Assembly: GCA_027604505.1 (NCBI GenBank)
Contig: JADIIX010000133.1
Span: forward strand, 1 to 63,510
Source: Gonapodya sp. JEL0774
Taxonomy: Eukaryota
Reading direction: 5' to 3'
DNA: 63,510 bases
Positions 35,601 to 49,525 of this stretch are shown here, one piece after another (the stretch's first letter is position 1; every line of letters starts with the position of its first letter). The position numbers and the translations under genes are program-made. Under the pieces are notes generated by a model. It was not told the origin of the DNA and ran no database searches. It saw nothing but the letters and a program-made list of their open reading frames with translations.

Positions 35601-38600
35601 TATCCTGTAGTAGATCCTCTTACTGGAACGAGTAGGGGCTGGGTGGAGTGCGGGGTGTGGGTGGGCGGATGGGGGGCGGTCAGGGGAGTAATGAAGGAGA
35701 TGGGGTGGGGGGAGGATGAAAGTAGAGGGGAGGCGGAGAGGGAGGAGAGGGAAGAGAAACACGAGAGAAAGGGTGGACAGCCGAAGGTTGAACCGGGATC
35801 GGTTGGAAGAGCTGCAGGGTCAAATGGGGCAGAGGTTATTCGTGCGACCGAGCAAATGGAACCGGTGGACATCAAGGTCCGTGTAACGATTCATCGCGCT
35901 GCAGGATTGAGAGGTCTCCTTGACGCCTCCATCGAGCGCGCGCGGGTGGAGTGGGAAATCGAAGATCAGGACACGGACGGTAACCAACTCGCGCATCTCG
36001 ATTTCGCCAGAGAGGTAGGAGTAAATGGGTATGCGGACGTGGAGGTCGAGATGACAGAGGAAGATGGAAAAAGAATGAAGTTTGTCCTATTGCCGGAGGA
36101 TGGAGAACGAGGAGCTCCGAGCATCGGACAAGATGAAGGGGATGAAGAGGAAGAACCTTCAACGATGTCTTTGACACCGATACGAGCGAGAACATTCTGT
36201 CCCGTCTTTGAGCATGTTGTTGCGTTTGGTGTGCGGGTCCCCCGTGTGGAGGTTGCCCACGTTTTAAACTCCGCTCGCATCGTACTCCACCTTTGGCACC
36301 GCGTACCAAGGAACATCGACGAGAGAGGTGATGTTCACCTTGGGAAATGCGAGGTGCCGTTGCGGAGTGCATTGGAAACACACTCAGGGTGGAGAGAACG
36401 GTGGGTTCCTGTGGAAGCGGAGGAAAGTTCGCACTCGAAAGGAATGGTTATGGTCAGCGTCGAGGCCTTGGAGGAGATGCAACGCTTTGCTGGGCCCGCG
36501 ACAGCGCCTGGTTGGCAGGAGAATTTTGAAGGAAGTGGTGTCAACAAGATCAGGATGGAAGTGAATATTGAGACTGCGTGGTTGTCCGTGACAACAAAAG
36601 ACAACGATGAGGAAATTGAAAATCTAGACGACGTTGGTGTTGCAGGACTGACGCACTCTGTCTTTGCAAGATGGAGAAATCCCGATAGGTCTGGGTGGGA
36701 AACGTCCGCTTTAGTCGATATCACTACTCCCCCAACCTCCGATGAAGACAACCAGTCCCATTTGCTAAAGGCGGATATTCGGTTCTTGAGAATAGTTGAA
36801 ATGCCCCTCTCAGACACAATTATCAAGCGACTTGTCAATGATCCATTACCGATTGAGATCTGGAGGACAACGACAACCATGACTGGTCGGAACACTCGAA
36901 CTGTGAGCTTCGGCGATACAACCGGACGACAGAGTTTAGGGAAGCGCATTGGAACAGCTTATGTGGACCTCACAGGGGCATTAACGGAGCTATTCGGTGG
37001 AGCTTCCGCGAACGGTGGGCCAGCACCTGTCAACGGATCGCCAAAGGGGCGTCCACACAGTACTACCCCAGTCACAGTACGGGCCTCATTTATACTTGTT
37101 GATCCAGACGCAGAAGTGCTGTTGGGTGAACGCGTAACTGTGAGAGTGACCATGCTGGTCGTGGACGATCCTACGAGGGACCGAAACAAAGCATCCGCGG
37201 GCGCTGCAGCATTCACAAACTTGACTCCCAATACGGGTGAGTTGGTTCAAATTGTTAGTAAGTGCTGGAATGTTCACAGGCCACATTTTCAGATTCCGTA
37301 CAATCCTCACGTCGGAGCGAAGTGATTGAGAGAATTGCTGGCACAAAAGCAACCTCAAGGTCGCCTCACCCTGCCCTCTCCACTCCCCCCCGAGATCTCG
37401 GACATTCTCCACCATTGGATGTGGGTTCTCCTAATTTGACATCCCCAATCGAAATGCAATCGCCGGCATTACCTTCAATGTTCTTCGACTCCATGACGCA
37501 AGTTACGGTTCCTATTACTATCGCAGTAGAACGAGCTCTACGACTCAGTCGTCTCCATAACTATTCAGAGGAACCCGAGAATCCTTTCCTCTCGGGGATG
37601 AACCAACGGCAAGGGCATGGCCATCCGAATGCTTACATTACGTTTGATTGGGAAGATGGAACAGGAAAAGTAGCCAAATACCGCTCGGAAATAGCACACT
37701 CACAAGATTCACCATTTTGGAACTTCCGCAGAACGGTCATGTTGCACGCATCAAAGCGGACAATGCTGGACATTCAAAGTGGGCAGAAAGTACTGAAAGT
37801 TCATGTTTGGAATGCCCAGCGGGTCTGTCACTTCCCGCAGACTTGCAAGGAAGCTAGTCACCATCAGGGTGCGGATAAGGAAATTGGGTGCGCAACTGTC
37901 GATCTGGGGCCACTTGTTCGCGGTATGAAGGAAGTATACGGTTGGTATGACATTCGCGGGCCTGGCGGTGCCAATCATGGGCAAGTACTTGTCAAGATTC
38001 ATCCCTTGGAGAATCTCAACTTGAGTCTCTGGGGACCTGCTGCGAACGACCTGCACCGGCCTTTCGAAACAAATCGAGGAGAAGCCAGGAAGCGTAGTCG
38101 GTCACCGTTGGTGCCCCTTCGAGATTCAGCTCCTTTCTTGATACCTTCTTTTGGTAATATCCCTAACAATCATTCTCGGGTCGCTACACCTCCTCTACCC
38201 ACCCCGCCAACCGCCTTTGTGAACGCATTTTCAGCTGTGCAGAGTGGAGAGCCTGGTCAAATCATTGATACTTGGGTGTGGTCGGGCGATGGGTGGGATC
38301 AGCGCAAAGTGGAAGCCTCCGCTGCCTCCGCGCCTGGAAGCGACCGAGACTCTCTTGCTGTCCGCGATAATTTGCGACGAGCTATGCTGGAGCTAGATGG
38401 TCTACAAACAAAAATGCGGGAGCGGTTGAGTGGTGATATGATATCACGTACTTTCTCCGATGATCTCTCTGCGACTGGTCGAGGTGAGACAGATGAAGAG
38501 TATTTTGATGCGTGAAGCTTCGTCGATCAAGCTTTCTCTAGGTGAAAAGCAGACCCACATTTTGACCTCGAACTGCCAGGAGGACGCCGCCAATAACCCA

Positions 38601-40000
38601 TTCTTGGTCAGCCGGAGTTCAACAAAGCAACGAGCACCTGCGTTCTCAGGACAGTCAGACTCACAATCCCGAACATTACTGTCAGCTCCATTGAACACAA
38701 TCGCGCCTCCCGGGATCGGGATTCACTTGAAGCACGACATCGATTTAATGCACATTCATTCTGAAGTGACACCGTATTCTCTTCCAGCTCCAGACACGCT
38801 AGGAGTACGGGCAGACTCACAACCCATGTTGGAATCACGCTTACGTGAAACAAGGGTGGCGCTGGATAACTCGACTTTTGCATCCGTGGGTGTTGCTCCG
38901 TTTTGTCAGAATTTGAAATCTTGAAAACGATGAACCTCTTATCATTATGTTCACAGGAACGTCCGCTGCGTGGTCCGATCTCCAGCTCTTCGTTGCCCTC
39001 TGCGATACCTGAGCTGGTTTCTTCAGCACTGTTGTCGATGAGGAGCCACAACACTTCTCCGATAGGATTGCGGCTCAATAGTTCTCATCAGGTGACAATC
39101 CCCAGCTCATCACACTCAGAAGACACTCCTATTGTGGCTACGGCCACTATTGAAGGAACGGAAGTGACTCGGGAGGCAGAAAATCCCATCTTGGACCTCG
39201 GAAGTGTGGTGAGCGAATCACCGGTTAGATTGGATTCCGGAGAGGATCACGATCGGGATGTACACGCAATTGCTGAGGGTGATTCACGTGAAGGAGAACG
39301 GCCCAGACCAGAAGCGACTCCAAAAGATCAAGTAGCAAGGCATTCAGACACAGATATGCCGTTGGACGAAGAGGAGGACGCTGCATCCGAAAATAGTGGG
39401 CCGGGCAATCTCTCCGATGCGGATCGTACCGTGGACTTTAATGACGAGCAAGACAGGTTGGAACCGCTTAGTGAATTTGGGGCCAGCGAGAATCTCATAG
39501 CAGACCTTGATGTGAGAGGCCCTATTCTGATCGGAGACGCGAAGCTCAGTGAACCGGTAACGAAATTTGACGGTGTATCTCGTTATGATGGTTTTCGGGG
39601 TGGTGAACGTTCAGGAGGGGAGGGCCCGGATTCCGAATCGGAGTTCGACTCACCTGACTATGAGGATCGAGGAGAGGACGAGGATGATGAAGAGGAAGAT
39701 GAAGACGATCGCCTTTTCCGTGATAGATTACATCGGGTGGCGTTTCAAGTTCGGGAGCTAAGTGAATCTGAAGCCGAGAGCAGCCCAAAATTGAGTTCGG
39801 ACGAAGGTGACATATTGGACCGACGGAGTGCTTGGACGGACACCTCGGGCTTGAAAGACTTTTACGGACTTGGACGGAGTCAAAGCCAGCCTCGACAGAA
39901 TGATGGGGGACCATCGCGAATCGAACCGAAGGACATAACCAGAGAAGAAGCTAATCGGCTTCAACGTATTTTTGCTGGCTCTAGTAGTGAGATTCCTTAA
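32617..40000 (+). CDS. C2CD3: C2CD3-like multi-C2-domain centriole/cilium protein
   Basis: N-terminal C2CD3-type C2 domain (VCMEWWGD; FPVLSGRPQLLSYLRDM), several further C2 domains (VTIHRAAGL..RTFCPVFEH; AVERALRL..PNAYITF..GWYDI) and C-terminal EEANRLQRIF, which resembles the C2CD3 end. Confidence 0.75.
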
Positions 40001-40350
40001 TATCTCAGTGTATTTGTTCAGTTATGTTGTTCAGTTCAATTACTTTATTTATTACTTTATTTAGCCTTGGAGTTTATCGAGCCTTGGGGATGCTGACTGG
40101 GCCATCACTTCATCCTCCCCCTGCTGCTCCCTATCAACTTTCGGCTGTTTCGGGCACTCACAGTCGCACTAATGCATTCGCAAACTTGGGTTCCAGAGTT
40201 TCCCGGATGCGTGAGTGCAAATCCTTGAGTTAGCGTTGGGCTGGAATCTCTATATGCCTTCTCGTGAGATTGGGATCCTGGACTGTCAAGTCGTTTTATC
40301 TTCAGTCGTTTTAGTAATATTTTCATCTAAGCGAATCGCCTCTGCAGCTG

Positions 40351-41111
40351 ATGAATCTTGCCCTCGCCTGCTCAAACCTCCTGGGCATATTCGTTGTCAC
40401 TGCATCAATCTCTAGACGATGGCGCTTCAAAGCTCTTCTCACCTCACTCTCAATCATCACATCCATAGTATGGCATCTTTCGGAGAGAAATGTCATCAAC
40501 CATGCTATGCCCGGCTTGCTTCCACCCTGGCTTGCAGACAGTATAGAGTTTCCGGCCTTCATTCTGGATAAAGTGCTGGGCCTGGCACTTGTACTGGCAT
40601 TTTTGTGGCAAGGAGAAGCACAGGACGAAGTGTGGAAACTGATCAGGAAAGGAGACTCGCGTTGGAAGCAAATTGTCATAATGACTGTGGGTACATCATC
40701 GTGCAATATCGGTATCACGTCGAATCCCTTGACGCCCACTTAACTTCCGAGCAGTCGGGTCTCACACTGCTTTCTAACTTTGTGGGCCCGCTTCATTTCC
40801 TCTACGTTGTGCTTGGTATACTCCATCACACAGCGTGGTACATTACTTTGTGGATTCTGACTTGGCCTGGCGTCGGCGAACCAGAAAAAATAGTTCGAAA
40901 ACTGGAGCTCGACTTTTTGAATAAGCGAGCGAGAGAGATGGCCATCAATGGGAAAGTACCGCCAGTGTTCACGGACCCATCAAGTGAGATGGACTCATCC
41001 AGTGCAGAGGAAATGAGCTCCACGAAGATTGCTCGCCAAACTGAGAGTGCACGGAATGGAGTTGGGAGCATAGGCATAGGCGGAATCCCCCACAGAAGGA
41101 GAGGAAAATGA
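40351..41111 (+). CDS. Small multi-pass membrane protein with CREST-like SxxxH...D...HxxW motifs
   Basis: Two exons joined in phase 0 across intron 40687-40754. About five hydrophobic helices; SIVWHLSE..HAMPG, ILDK, LHHTAW. Confidence 0.65.
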
Positions 41112-41247
41112 TGATTCCAATACCATTGAGACGAACACACACTCGTGACTGACTGACTGCATGGCATGCCACAGCCGCATGTATTGACTTACAAAGGAGA
41201 TAAAGGAGGAACATTGTTCCCTGTAGAATTTCTATGTACTTAAGTAA

Positions 41248-42482
41248 CTAACCCAGCACAATGGTGCCTCCTGGAGGTACTTCGGCGACAGGAGTCACAC
41301 CTGTGCCATGTGAAACTATGCCGTTGCTTGGCTCAGAGGGAGGGAAACTAAAGGTCGAAGTCATTGACAGTCTTGTGCAATTCATTCTTACATATCTTCA
41401 CCTGATTGTTTCGGCTTGAGCAATGTTCACAGAGTCCCTTCCACCCAAAGTTGTGACTGGTTGTGGTAGTAAAGGAGAATAGGCAGTGCCTGTTACACGT
41501 GCAACAACGGCATCAAGCTGTCCAAGGACGCCAAATATAAGAAGCGGAGTGAGGAGAGCGTGTGTGTCTGGTGTTGGTGAAGTGCTTAACAAAGACAACA
41601 ATATAAAACTATGACAGGGCACAGGTGGCTCACACAGAAACCCAACAATGATCCCCGCCAGATTCAGGAAGAAGGAAGTATCTGGGAAGACGACAGCAAC
41701 CGCCAACAACAGCGCCCAGGGGAATATGGCTACGGGGACTGAGAAAGCCCCAAAGATGCTGGACGGAATGGTACTTCAGCTCATATGCACTTTCGGCGGA
41801 ATGCGATAAATTTTCACCTCCTCCTGTCGGCTGTTGGTGACAGAAATGCATCCCGACTCAGTACAATGTTGTTGTTCACAATTACGAGAGCGAACACAAT
41901 GCCATTCAAGCCCATTGAAATGCCATCCTCATCCAAAGCAATGAGATCCAGTACACTGAACACGGCAAGGATGCCGAGGAAAACGATGTTGGACAACACC
42001 CCGAGCAGCCAAATCAGCCAGAAGTGAGAGATCGCTCCTGGTGGCGGTTTCCCTGAAAGTAAATCCGAGCTCGCCCCTCGTCGTCGTTGCTCCACCGCCC
42101 CAGAGAGCGGAAAGAAGGCACTTTGATAGAGAAAGAAGTGTATGAAGCCGGAATGAATAAAGGGCGATGTAAAGATTCCTGAAGTTCGGGTAAGGCAGTT
42201 GACAAGAGACGCAGGATTTCAGTATATAATTCTCTAAATCCACTCACTGATGACAGCGCTCAGTGTGTGCTCCTGCCAGAAGTGCGCTCCATATTGAAGG
42301 GACAAATCCTCCAACAAGTTATCATTCACTGTCATCCCTACATACACAACGTTCGAAATGGCCACTACGAGAACCGTGCCCGGGATTGCTAACGCGCTGT
42401 TGGAAATCAAGCGCGTAAAGCGGCTCGCAAAAATGGACGCCGTTGATGGTCTACTTTGCGAGGATCTGATCGCTACCGGCAT
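41248..42482 (-). CDS. Rhomboid-superfamily membrane protein, probably catalytically inactive
   Basis: Multi-TM ORF with SMGLNGIVFAL (GxSG position), VPVAIFPWALL and SFFLNLAGIIVG (GHLxG position). Confidence 0.6.
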
Positions 42483-42685
42483 TGCATCAAGCGATCCAAG
42501 AAAGTCAAGGAGACTCGAAACGGGAGGTTTTAGATTGCGAAATGCCGGTAATCAGCAATTCGTACTTTCTGGGAATTGGCCAGCTTGTCACAGAGTGTGA
42601 CTGGCACAAACCGCAGTCACCAATTCTCGATGATCCAAGTCGGGATGATTTGCATTGATTAAATTGCTATATATATATCAGATCC

Positions 42686-45600
42686 TCACGACAACTCAAA
42701 CCCGGCACCGCTGTTAATCGCGTATCGCAATTTCCTATCACAGCAGATCACATAGGGAACGTCGGTCAATGCAAATCGATGGTGAAGACGAATAAAACAA
42801 CCTTCCACTCACGTCCGCAAAGCGTTCTCATCCTTATAAGCTGGAAGCTTCAGCAAATTGACACAAGTAGACGCCGTTGCTGCACGGTTATTCAATTCGG
42901 GAATACCCTCAAGAACCTGATGGTAACAACCAAAGACCTTCCCGCTGTACACTCACGCAATCTGCTCTCATCTTCGCCTCCTGTCCTAATGCTGAATTTT
43001 GGATTTAGCTCCCTGAAGCCTAGTAGTGGAGGCCTGCTGCAACTGGTGACAAACCGCACAAGGAGTCTCTGTTCCTCAGGCGTGAAGTCGCGCTCGACGA
43101 TCTTCCAGAAATTTGCCACAGTTGGATGCGACTCGTCAAATCCACCAGCATACACTACGTTGCGTCGCAAATCGACGAGGTCAATATCCGGTGAGCTGGA
43201 ACCAGATAATAGCATTTGAAGCTCCTTCTGATTGAACATCCGAAGCCAGCGAGGATTCACAATATCCTTGAGACCAGCGAAGAACGCAGCAGACTGTTTT
43301 GCAATTTGAGTATTGAGCTTGTAGCTAGCCACCAGGTATATGTATTGAATACGGTTCTCGTTGGTCACCGGGATCTGAGAACCGTTCTTGATAAGGTCTA
43401 CATTGCGAGTCTGGCCAAACTCTGAGCAAAAATCCATATCATGGACGAGATCATAGACAAATGTAAGGACATGCAAAACGAACCTTGTTCAGAAACAGTA
43501 AAACTCAGTGAGAGATCTTCAACATTGCCCTGATAGTTCTTGAGAAATATCATGCCATTGTACAGCTCAGGATCCAACGAGGGCAAGTCGTCCACTTTCA
43601 AAGACGGTTAAGCTTACGATCTTACGATCCCACGATTAGTCTCAACTCCACTCACAATAGCTCTGTCTCCCCAGCCACTTGGCCAAGAAAAACTCAGCAA
43701 ACTGAACATCCACGAGAATACCTTCGTACATCGCCTTGCCTACAACTCGTCCCAGAAATTCCAGGTATCGGAGCTGATCTTCGCCGCGAGAATAAGTGCT
43801 TGGGTTTGGATACAGCTTTTGCTCACGAGTCGCTTGGAAAAGACCGTAGTTGACATCAAACGCTTGTTTGGAGAGTCTGAAGAAACCAAACCGCATGAGT
43901 GTTTACAAAGAATACTCATTCTTTGTAAGGTGTTACTTACCTAGTTAAAAACTCTTTAAAGACTCCGCCCCCGTCGATACCGGCTTCTTCCATTCCAAGT
44001 TCATTAACAAATGTTATGCTGATGCGCTTTTTAATTCTCGACCCAAGAGCATGCAAGCCACTGAACCCATCCTCAAACTCTCTGCCTCTGCGCACTGTAC
44101 AGCGCGCGACTACAGCACCATCGGGTCCCCACATTGCTGTTTCGATATCACCGCCTTGCGAAGCTCTATCTCGATATATCGACTGGCGGAAAATAAGAAC
44201 GCGGGTTTCAAAAGGCACAGTAAAAGGTAGTGTTCTCAAAATGGAAACTCGGGGAGAATGGCGATCGCGGCGAAACGTCGACGAAGTTGGTGACTGATTG
44301 GGGCTTGGATTGACTATCCCAGTGGGGTTCAGGCGCTGACTCCAACCAAATCCCATTGGTAGAGGCGGCGAGGAAGAAGTGTTCGTCATGGAGGGTCTAT
44401 CCAGATCTTCCAACTCAGCCTCCGCACTCTCGACGACCGCAGCCTGCACAAAAGCATCCACATCCACTTCTCCCGCCATAATCCAGAACCCCTCACGCGG
44501 TTGCCTCCGTGATTCACCATCCAGTACACCTTCGCTGGGAACAAATGCGCGACGAGAATCCCTTGCATGTAGGAGTTGGACAAGTCGAGTCGTTGCGGCT
44601 CGCAGCTGATGAACTTCCAGTGCCGGGGAAATGCGCGTATTATCGGGAAGTGATGGGGAGGATAAGTTCCACTGAAGAGTGAAGGCAACGTTTCTCAGGA
44701 CGGAGGCCAGAATCACAACCTCGTCTAGACGAAACGGGTTCGATCTGAGTGCAGCGCTCTTGCCTGCGGTCTGCTTTGCTGGTTCAGCCGGCACATTTGC
44801 GGTGTCTCCGAAGAACTCGTCATCCCCCATGGTGAGAAGCATTCGGGCGTACACTTCGCACAGTACAAAGAGCAGCGCGAAGTCCGCTGCAAGATTCGAT
44901 TCAGTGAATACACTCGGAGGAAGGCGCAGTTTCTTCGCGCCTGCTTTTCCAATCTCAGCGCCGACTTTCAACCACATGGGACCGCGAATGACTGCATCGT
45001 AGAATCCACGTAATGGACTTGTCCCCGGCATGAACACCACCGCTGTCAGTACATCTGACTTCCGATGAGGTAGTCGGGTGAGCAATGCGGTTACTAAGTT
45101 CGCCACGGATTGAACGCCTGACTTGGACGATGCGAGCCCACGTATCAGGATGGTGAGAAATGCGCGGTCGCATAAGGCGGACAGTGATTTAACCAATGCG
45201 GGATCTGGACGAACACCGGAATCTAAATCCATGGCGTCAACGGTACTACTGACGATTGCTTTTTCGTCGTCATCTTCGTCATCATCGATGCGACGGGTGG
45301 CAGTAGCTACTAATCCTGACTGAGGCTTTTGCGCGTCAAGAGTTAGTACAGTCACTGGCACAAGGGAGAGGAGACCGTTCACTGATGTGACGAGATCAGA
45401 AAGGAACAATTCTGAGGTCGGCCGATTTGGTGAGGAGAGAACAGCTTTCGCAATTGCAACCAGGTTTCCGAGTATGCACAAGCCGTCAAAGTCTGCATTC
45501 CTCCCCGACGATTTCATCCATATCCTCATATTGGTTTGTGCCAGAAAAGATACTATTCGGCAGGGGAAGGAGCCAGTCGCAAACTCGGGCAAAACTGTCA

Positions 45601-46704
45601 GAGCGAGGTTATCGAAGAGCTGGGGAAGTGAGAGGATTTGAGCGATAAAATGCGGTGCAGCGGAGTCCATCGCATTTTCCAGAGTAGGAATAGCGAGGGA
45701 GAGATAACGGGAAGAGTGTGGGGCGTCATATGTGATTGCTATTCGGAGGGCCGGATAGAGATGAGGATATATTCGCGTGGTCACCCTGAGGAAGAGAGAA
45801 CTGCGGCTTTCCCACCGTCAGTGAAGCTACATGGGTAATCGCGAAGGGATTGCGAGACAATACAATACTCACGCGGTAGTCTCGGGTGAAATGATCTCCT
45901 GGAGAGCGTCCCATTCTTTGTTATCCATCACGACTTCGACCGTTTGGAGAGTTTTCTCACTCGCCACCGCCACTCTGAGAATGAACAGCGTTTACGTATC
46001 GCGCATTGGGCTTGGTGTTGTCTGTTATCACTCACCGAGCACGTAACCTGTCAAGACAAAGCTCCAGCAACCGTGGCAGTTGAAATTTCCAGGTCGAATT
46101 AAATCGTTCATTTTTGCTTGCAAATGGCACAAATAGTGGTCGTAAGCCTGGATTCAAACGTCCTGTTTCAATCCCGACTTCTGGTGCGGGTACTGTCAGG
46201 AACATACCTTCCACCCTTTTACCATTCAGCATCCAATCCAGCAGGCCATCGAGGCTCGCTCCATCCTTCCTTTGCTCGTAAAAAAACAAAAATGACCTCA
46301 CGAGTCCCTCCATCTCTCCCACCAAAGCGTCCCCACTTGGTGCGGTCGCCCACCTTTGGGACAACGAGGCGAACTCGGCGTCCCATGGTGCTCGCTCAAT
46401 GTCTCGTGATGCTGCCCGAGAGCATGAAGATCTCCAGGCAGACTTGATTGATATTGTTCAGAAGGACGGTAGTTTCCGCAGGCGGACGATCAGAGAACTG
46501 AATCGAGTCGAATTAATTCACCCTCTCTAGTTCCACCACGCTCACCTGCAACTTCGTCGCTGCTGCTTGCCTCTTCCTTTCCCGCTCCCTGTTCTCTCTC
46601 TCTAAAGCCGCGCGTCTCAAGAGCACCTGCCGATCCTCCACCTTCGTGGACCCACCAAGATTGATTTGACGTTTACGTTTGAAGTCTCCATCAAAGTTGA
46701 ACAT
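42686..46704 (-). CDS. HUL5: HECT E3 ubiquitin ligase Hul5/UBE3C
   Basis: MFNFDGDFKRKRQINLGG plus an IQ-like motif; EAGIDGGGVFKEFLT, FVTSCSRPPLLGF, catalytic TASTCVNLLKLP, C-terminal SGAGFELS. Confidence 0.95.
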
Positions 46705-47009
46705 TGAGATAGAAAATGCCCGAGCTTAGATTTCCGTTTTCTGACAGTGGATAGTGAAGGAAGTACGCAAGTCTCTCTCTATGTGTGTCTGTTCCCGATC
46801 AGACCACCAGCACATCGGGGTGAGGCTTGAACATGAAACGTCATTCACAAATCATTTGTGTTTGCCCGGACATAGAGCACATCGAAGTGTTGGAACTCTT
46901 GCGTGAATATGACATTATAATTTGAAGTACAGGAGTTGCACAAATTGTCAATCTGGAGGCAAAGGGAACGGGTACAATATATCCGACATCGCCTAATCCG
47001 CAGTGCTCA

Positions 47010-48651
47010 TCAGCCGTGCTAGGAAAATCAACGGTGAGAAATGCGGTGAGACAGCCTGCAAGATGCCCAACCCCCCCCGGCTCGCACAGCCTTGGAAATT
47101 TCTCATAAAACTCACCTGCCACACCATTCTATTGAACCAAGTGCCCTCACCGACGAACGACACCTTATCCAGCTCTTCAATTTCGGCGGTAGTGAGGCGC
47201 CAGCCGATGGAGGCAGCGTTGGCGCTGAGTAGATAAGCAAAACAATGATTGCGAGAGAAGAATATTACCCGAACAGCCATCTACGCGAAGTACTCCATCT
47301 CACAGTTAGAACTCACTGAGCCTGCGCGACATTTTTAGCACCCGGTATGGGGATTGCCCCCTTGCAGACGATCCAGTTCAGAGCAACTTGTGCTGCGGTT
47401 TTGCCTCCGTGAGCTTCGCCAATCTTCTTCATGGTAGCCACAAGAGGGTCAATAATGTCCCTGAAAATGACGGTGAGGTTGGTGGTTAAACGCAAGGGTG
47501 TTTGCATACAACGAACCAGCTGACATCCCCAAACGATCTCCCACCCTGAGGGGGATTGGCCGCGCTGTACTTGCCAGACAGCCTTCCCATTGCCAAGGGG
47601 GAGTACGCGATCACCGCCACACCGAGATCGAGGCACCCTTGCACGAGACCACTCGACAGCGGTTTGGTGCGAAGAAGGGAGAATTCGATTTGGTTGGACG
47701 CAAGTGGGATATTGTGGGTTGCGAGGCGTGCGTGGACGCGGGTGACTTCTTCGAGGCTGGGATGGGAGGGGTTGTCGTCAGAAAAGATCGTCGTCGGAAC
47801 AGGGATGTGCGAGTGAGCGATAACCGAAAAGTGTGAAACAGTTACAAAACCTTTACAAACGCTAGTGCGCGAAGAACTACTGCCAACCCTGTTTCAGACG
47901 CACCTGTAGTTCGACACCCCTACTGTCTTCGTCAAACCCAACTTGACACACTCTGCCAACGAATCTGCCAGGGTCTCGAGGCTCACAAGCGGAGAGTGGA
48001 TGGGACCATGAATTTGATAAAGCTCAACTGATTTGACGCCGAGTCGATCGAGAGAAGCGCGGAGGGAGGAGACCATGATGTTAGGGTAGGATCCGCTATT
48101 GAGGGCTAAGTGAACACCGATGCAATCCTCCAGCTTTCAGGCAAACTACGCACCGAAATGGGAAGGGCATGTACTTCGTAGCGATGGTTATTGCACTTGA
48201 TTTTGCACCATCGACCATGCATCTGCCCAGGATTCGCTCCGATTCTCCTTGACCGTAAACTTCGGCAGTGTCAAAGAAGACTGTTTGCGGAAAGTCTTCG
48301 AGGGAGGCAGCAAACGCATCCTTTAGGGCGGAGGGTCAAAGTGGTGACGTAAGTCTTTCGCGAGGGTGGGGTTTGTGAGGGGAGATTGTGGTGCTCACTT
48401 TACACGTCTTCTCCGAGAGATCTTTATCATATGTTTCGTAACCCCATGTTCTGGAATCGCCCCTGTCAGAGTTTTGTTTCGCGAAGTGAAAACAGACAAT
48501 GATGTGAGAGTGCATGAGTGGTAACTTGCCAAGACCAAACTCCAATTCCAAGCGGTGGAACCTTGACGGCACCGTTCGCCAAATCAATCAAAGTTGAGCT
48601 CGACGGCACGATGTCCTCCGGGATGCGGGTTGGATATGACGTAGGAGGCAT
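47010..48651 (-). CDS. Aldo-keto reductase (pyridoxal reductase-like subfamily)
   Basis: LGIGVWSWGD, FFDTAEVYG, IATKY, LYQIHGP, VGVSNY, AYSPLAMGRLSGKY, AQVALNW, IPIPGAKN. Confidence 0.92.
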
Positions 48652-49023
48652 CGAGCGGCTGTCGGATGACGGGGAGATGTAATCGGAATGTGGCACAAAG
48701 GAAAACAATGAATTGAGAACCCGAATGAGAGACACGAGAGAAATGCGAAGCTTCAATTGACCTTGTGTGTGTATATTGCAAGTGTCCGGTTCCCCATTTA
48801 CATAACCGCCGTTTAGCCAAAATCAATTTAGTCGGAACTTGACCACAGTTCAAAAGTCTCGGGCCAGCACGATCCACAAGATCACACGCGACTCTGGTCT
48901 GGTGCGGCAGAGTTGAACGAGTGTGAGGAAGATACGTTTTGCCAGGGGTTGGGGTATCTTGCCGCCGGTCTCGCCTGTTGAACATGGCCACACCAACCAA
49001 CTGTGTCAACACATTTGTTTGTG

Positions 49024-49054
49024 ATTGCCAAGTAATTGCCAAACACATTGCCAA
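49024..49054. repeat. ATTGCCAA x3 (spacing 11 and 12 bp) in the divergent AKR/GH26 intergenic region
   Basis: Copies start at 49024, 49035 and 49047. Confidence 0.7.
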
Positions 49055-49525
49055 ACACTTTCTTGAACGCTAAACAACGGAAATCTCATCGAACTGTGGC
49101 CGGGGAGGAAGAACTGCGAGAGAGTCAAATTCACATAGTGGAGTTCGTTCTGTATAATTCAGTCCACTTTACAACGTGTCCCAGCTCCTGCACTGAGTGT
49201 TAACAAAGTTCAAGACTCATAAGGAAAGCTAAGAGTATTTTGCATGAATTCTTGATGAAGTCTCATGAAGCTGTGCGCTGAGGTCTCCACCTGGGCCTCC
49301 CGATCCGCAATAGTATCAATTGCTTTCGCCGAGTCAACAAATGGGAAACTGTTTTGCTCGCGCTGACTCGGGGTAATGTCTATCTTCAGCTCTTAAACAG
49401 CAATCGTCCGTTCGCTACTCAAATCGGTCTCTGTTCTTGGCGTGGCGTTACTGTCGTCCGTTTGACTCCTTCCCCTGCTGCGACCACTCCATCGCTCCCC
49501 TAGCCCGTCCATACCTGCGATCTCC

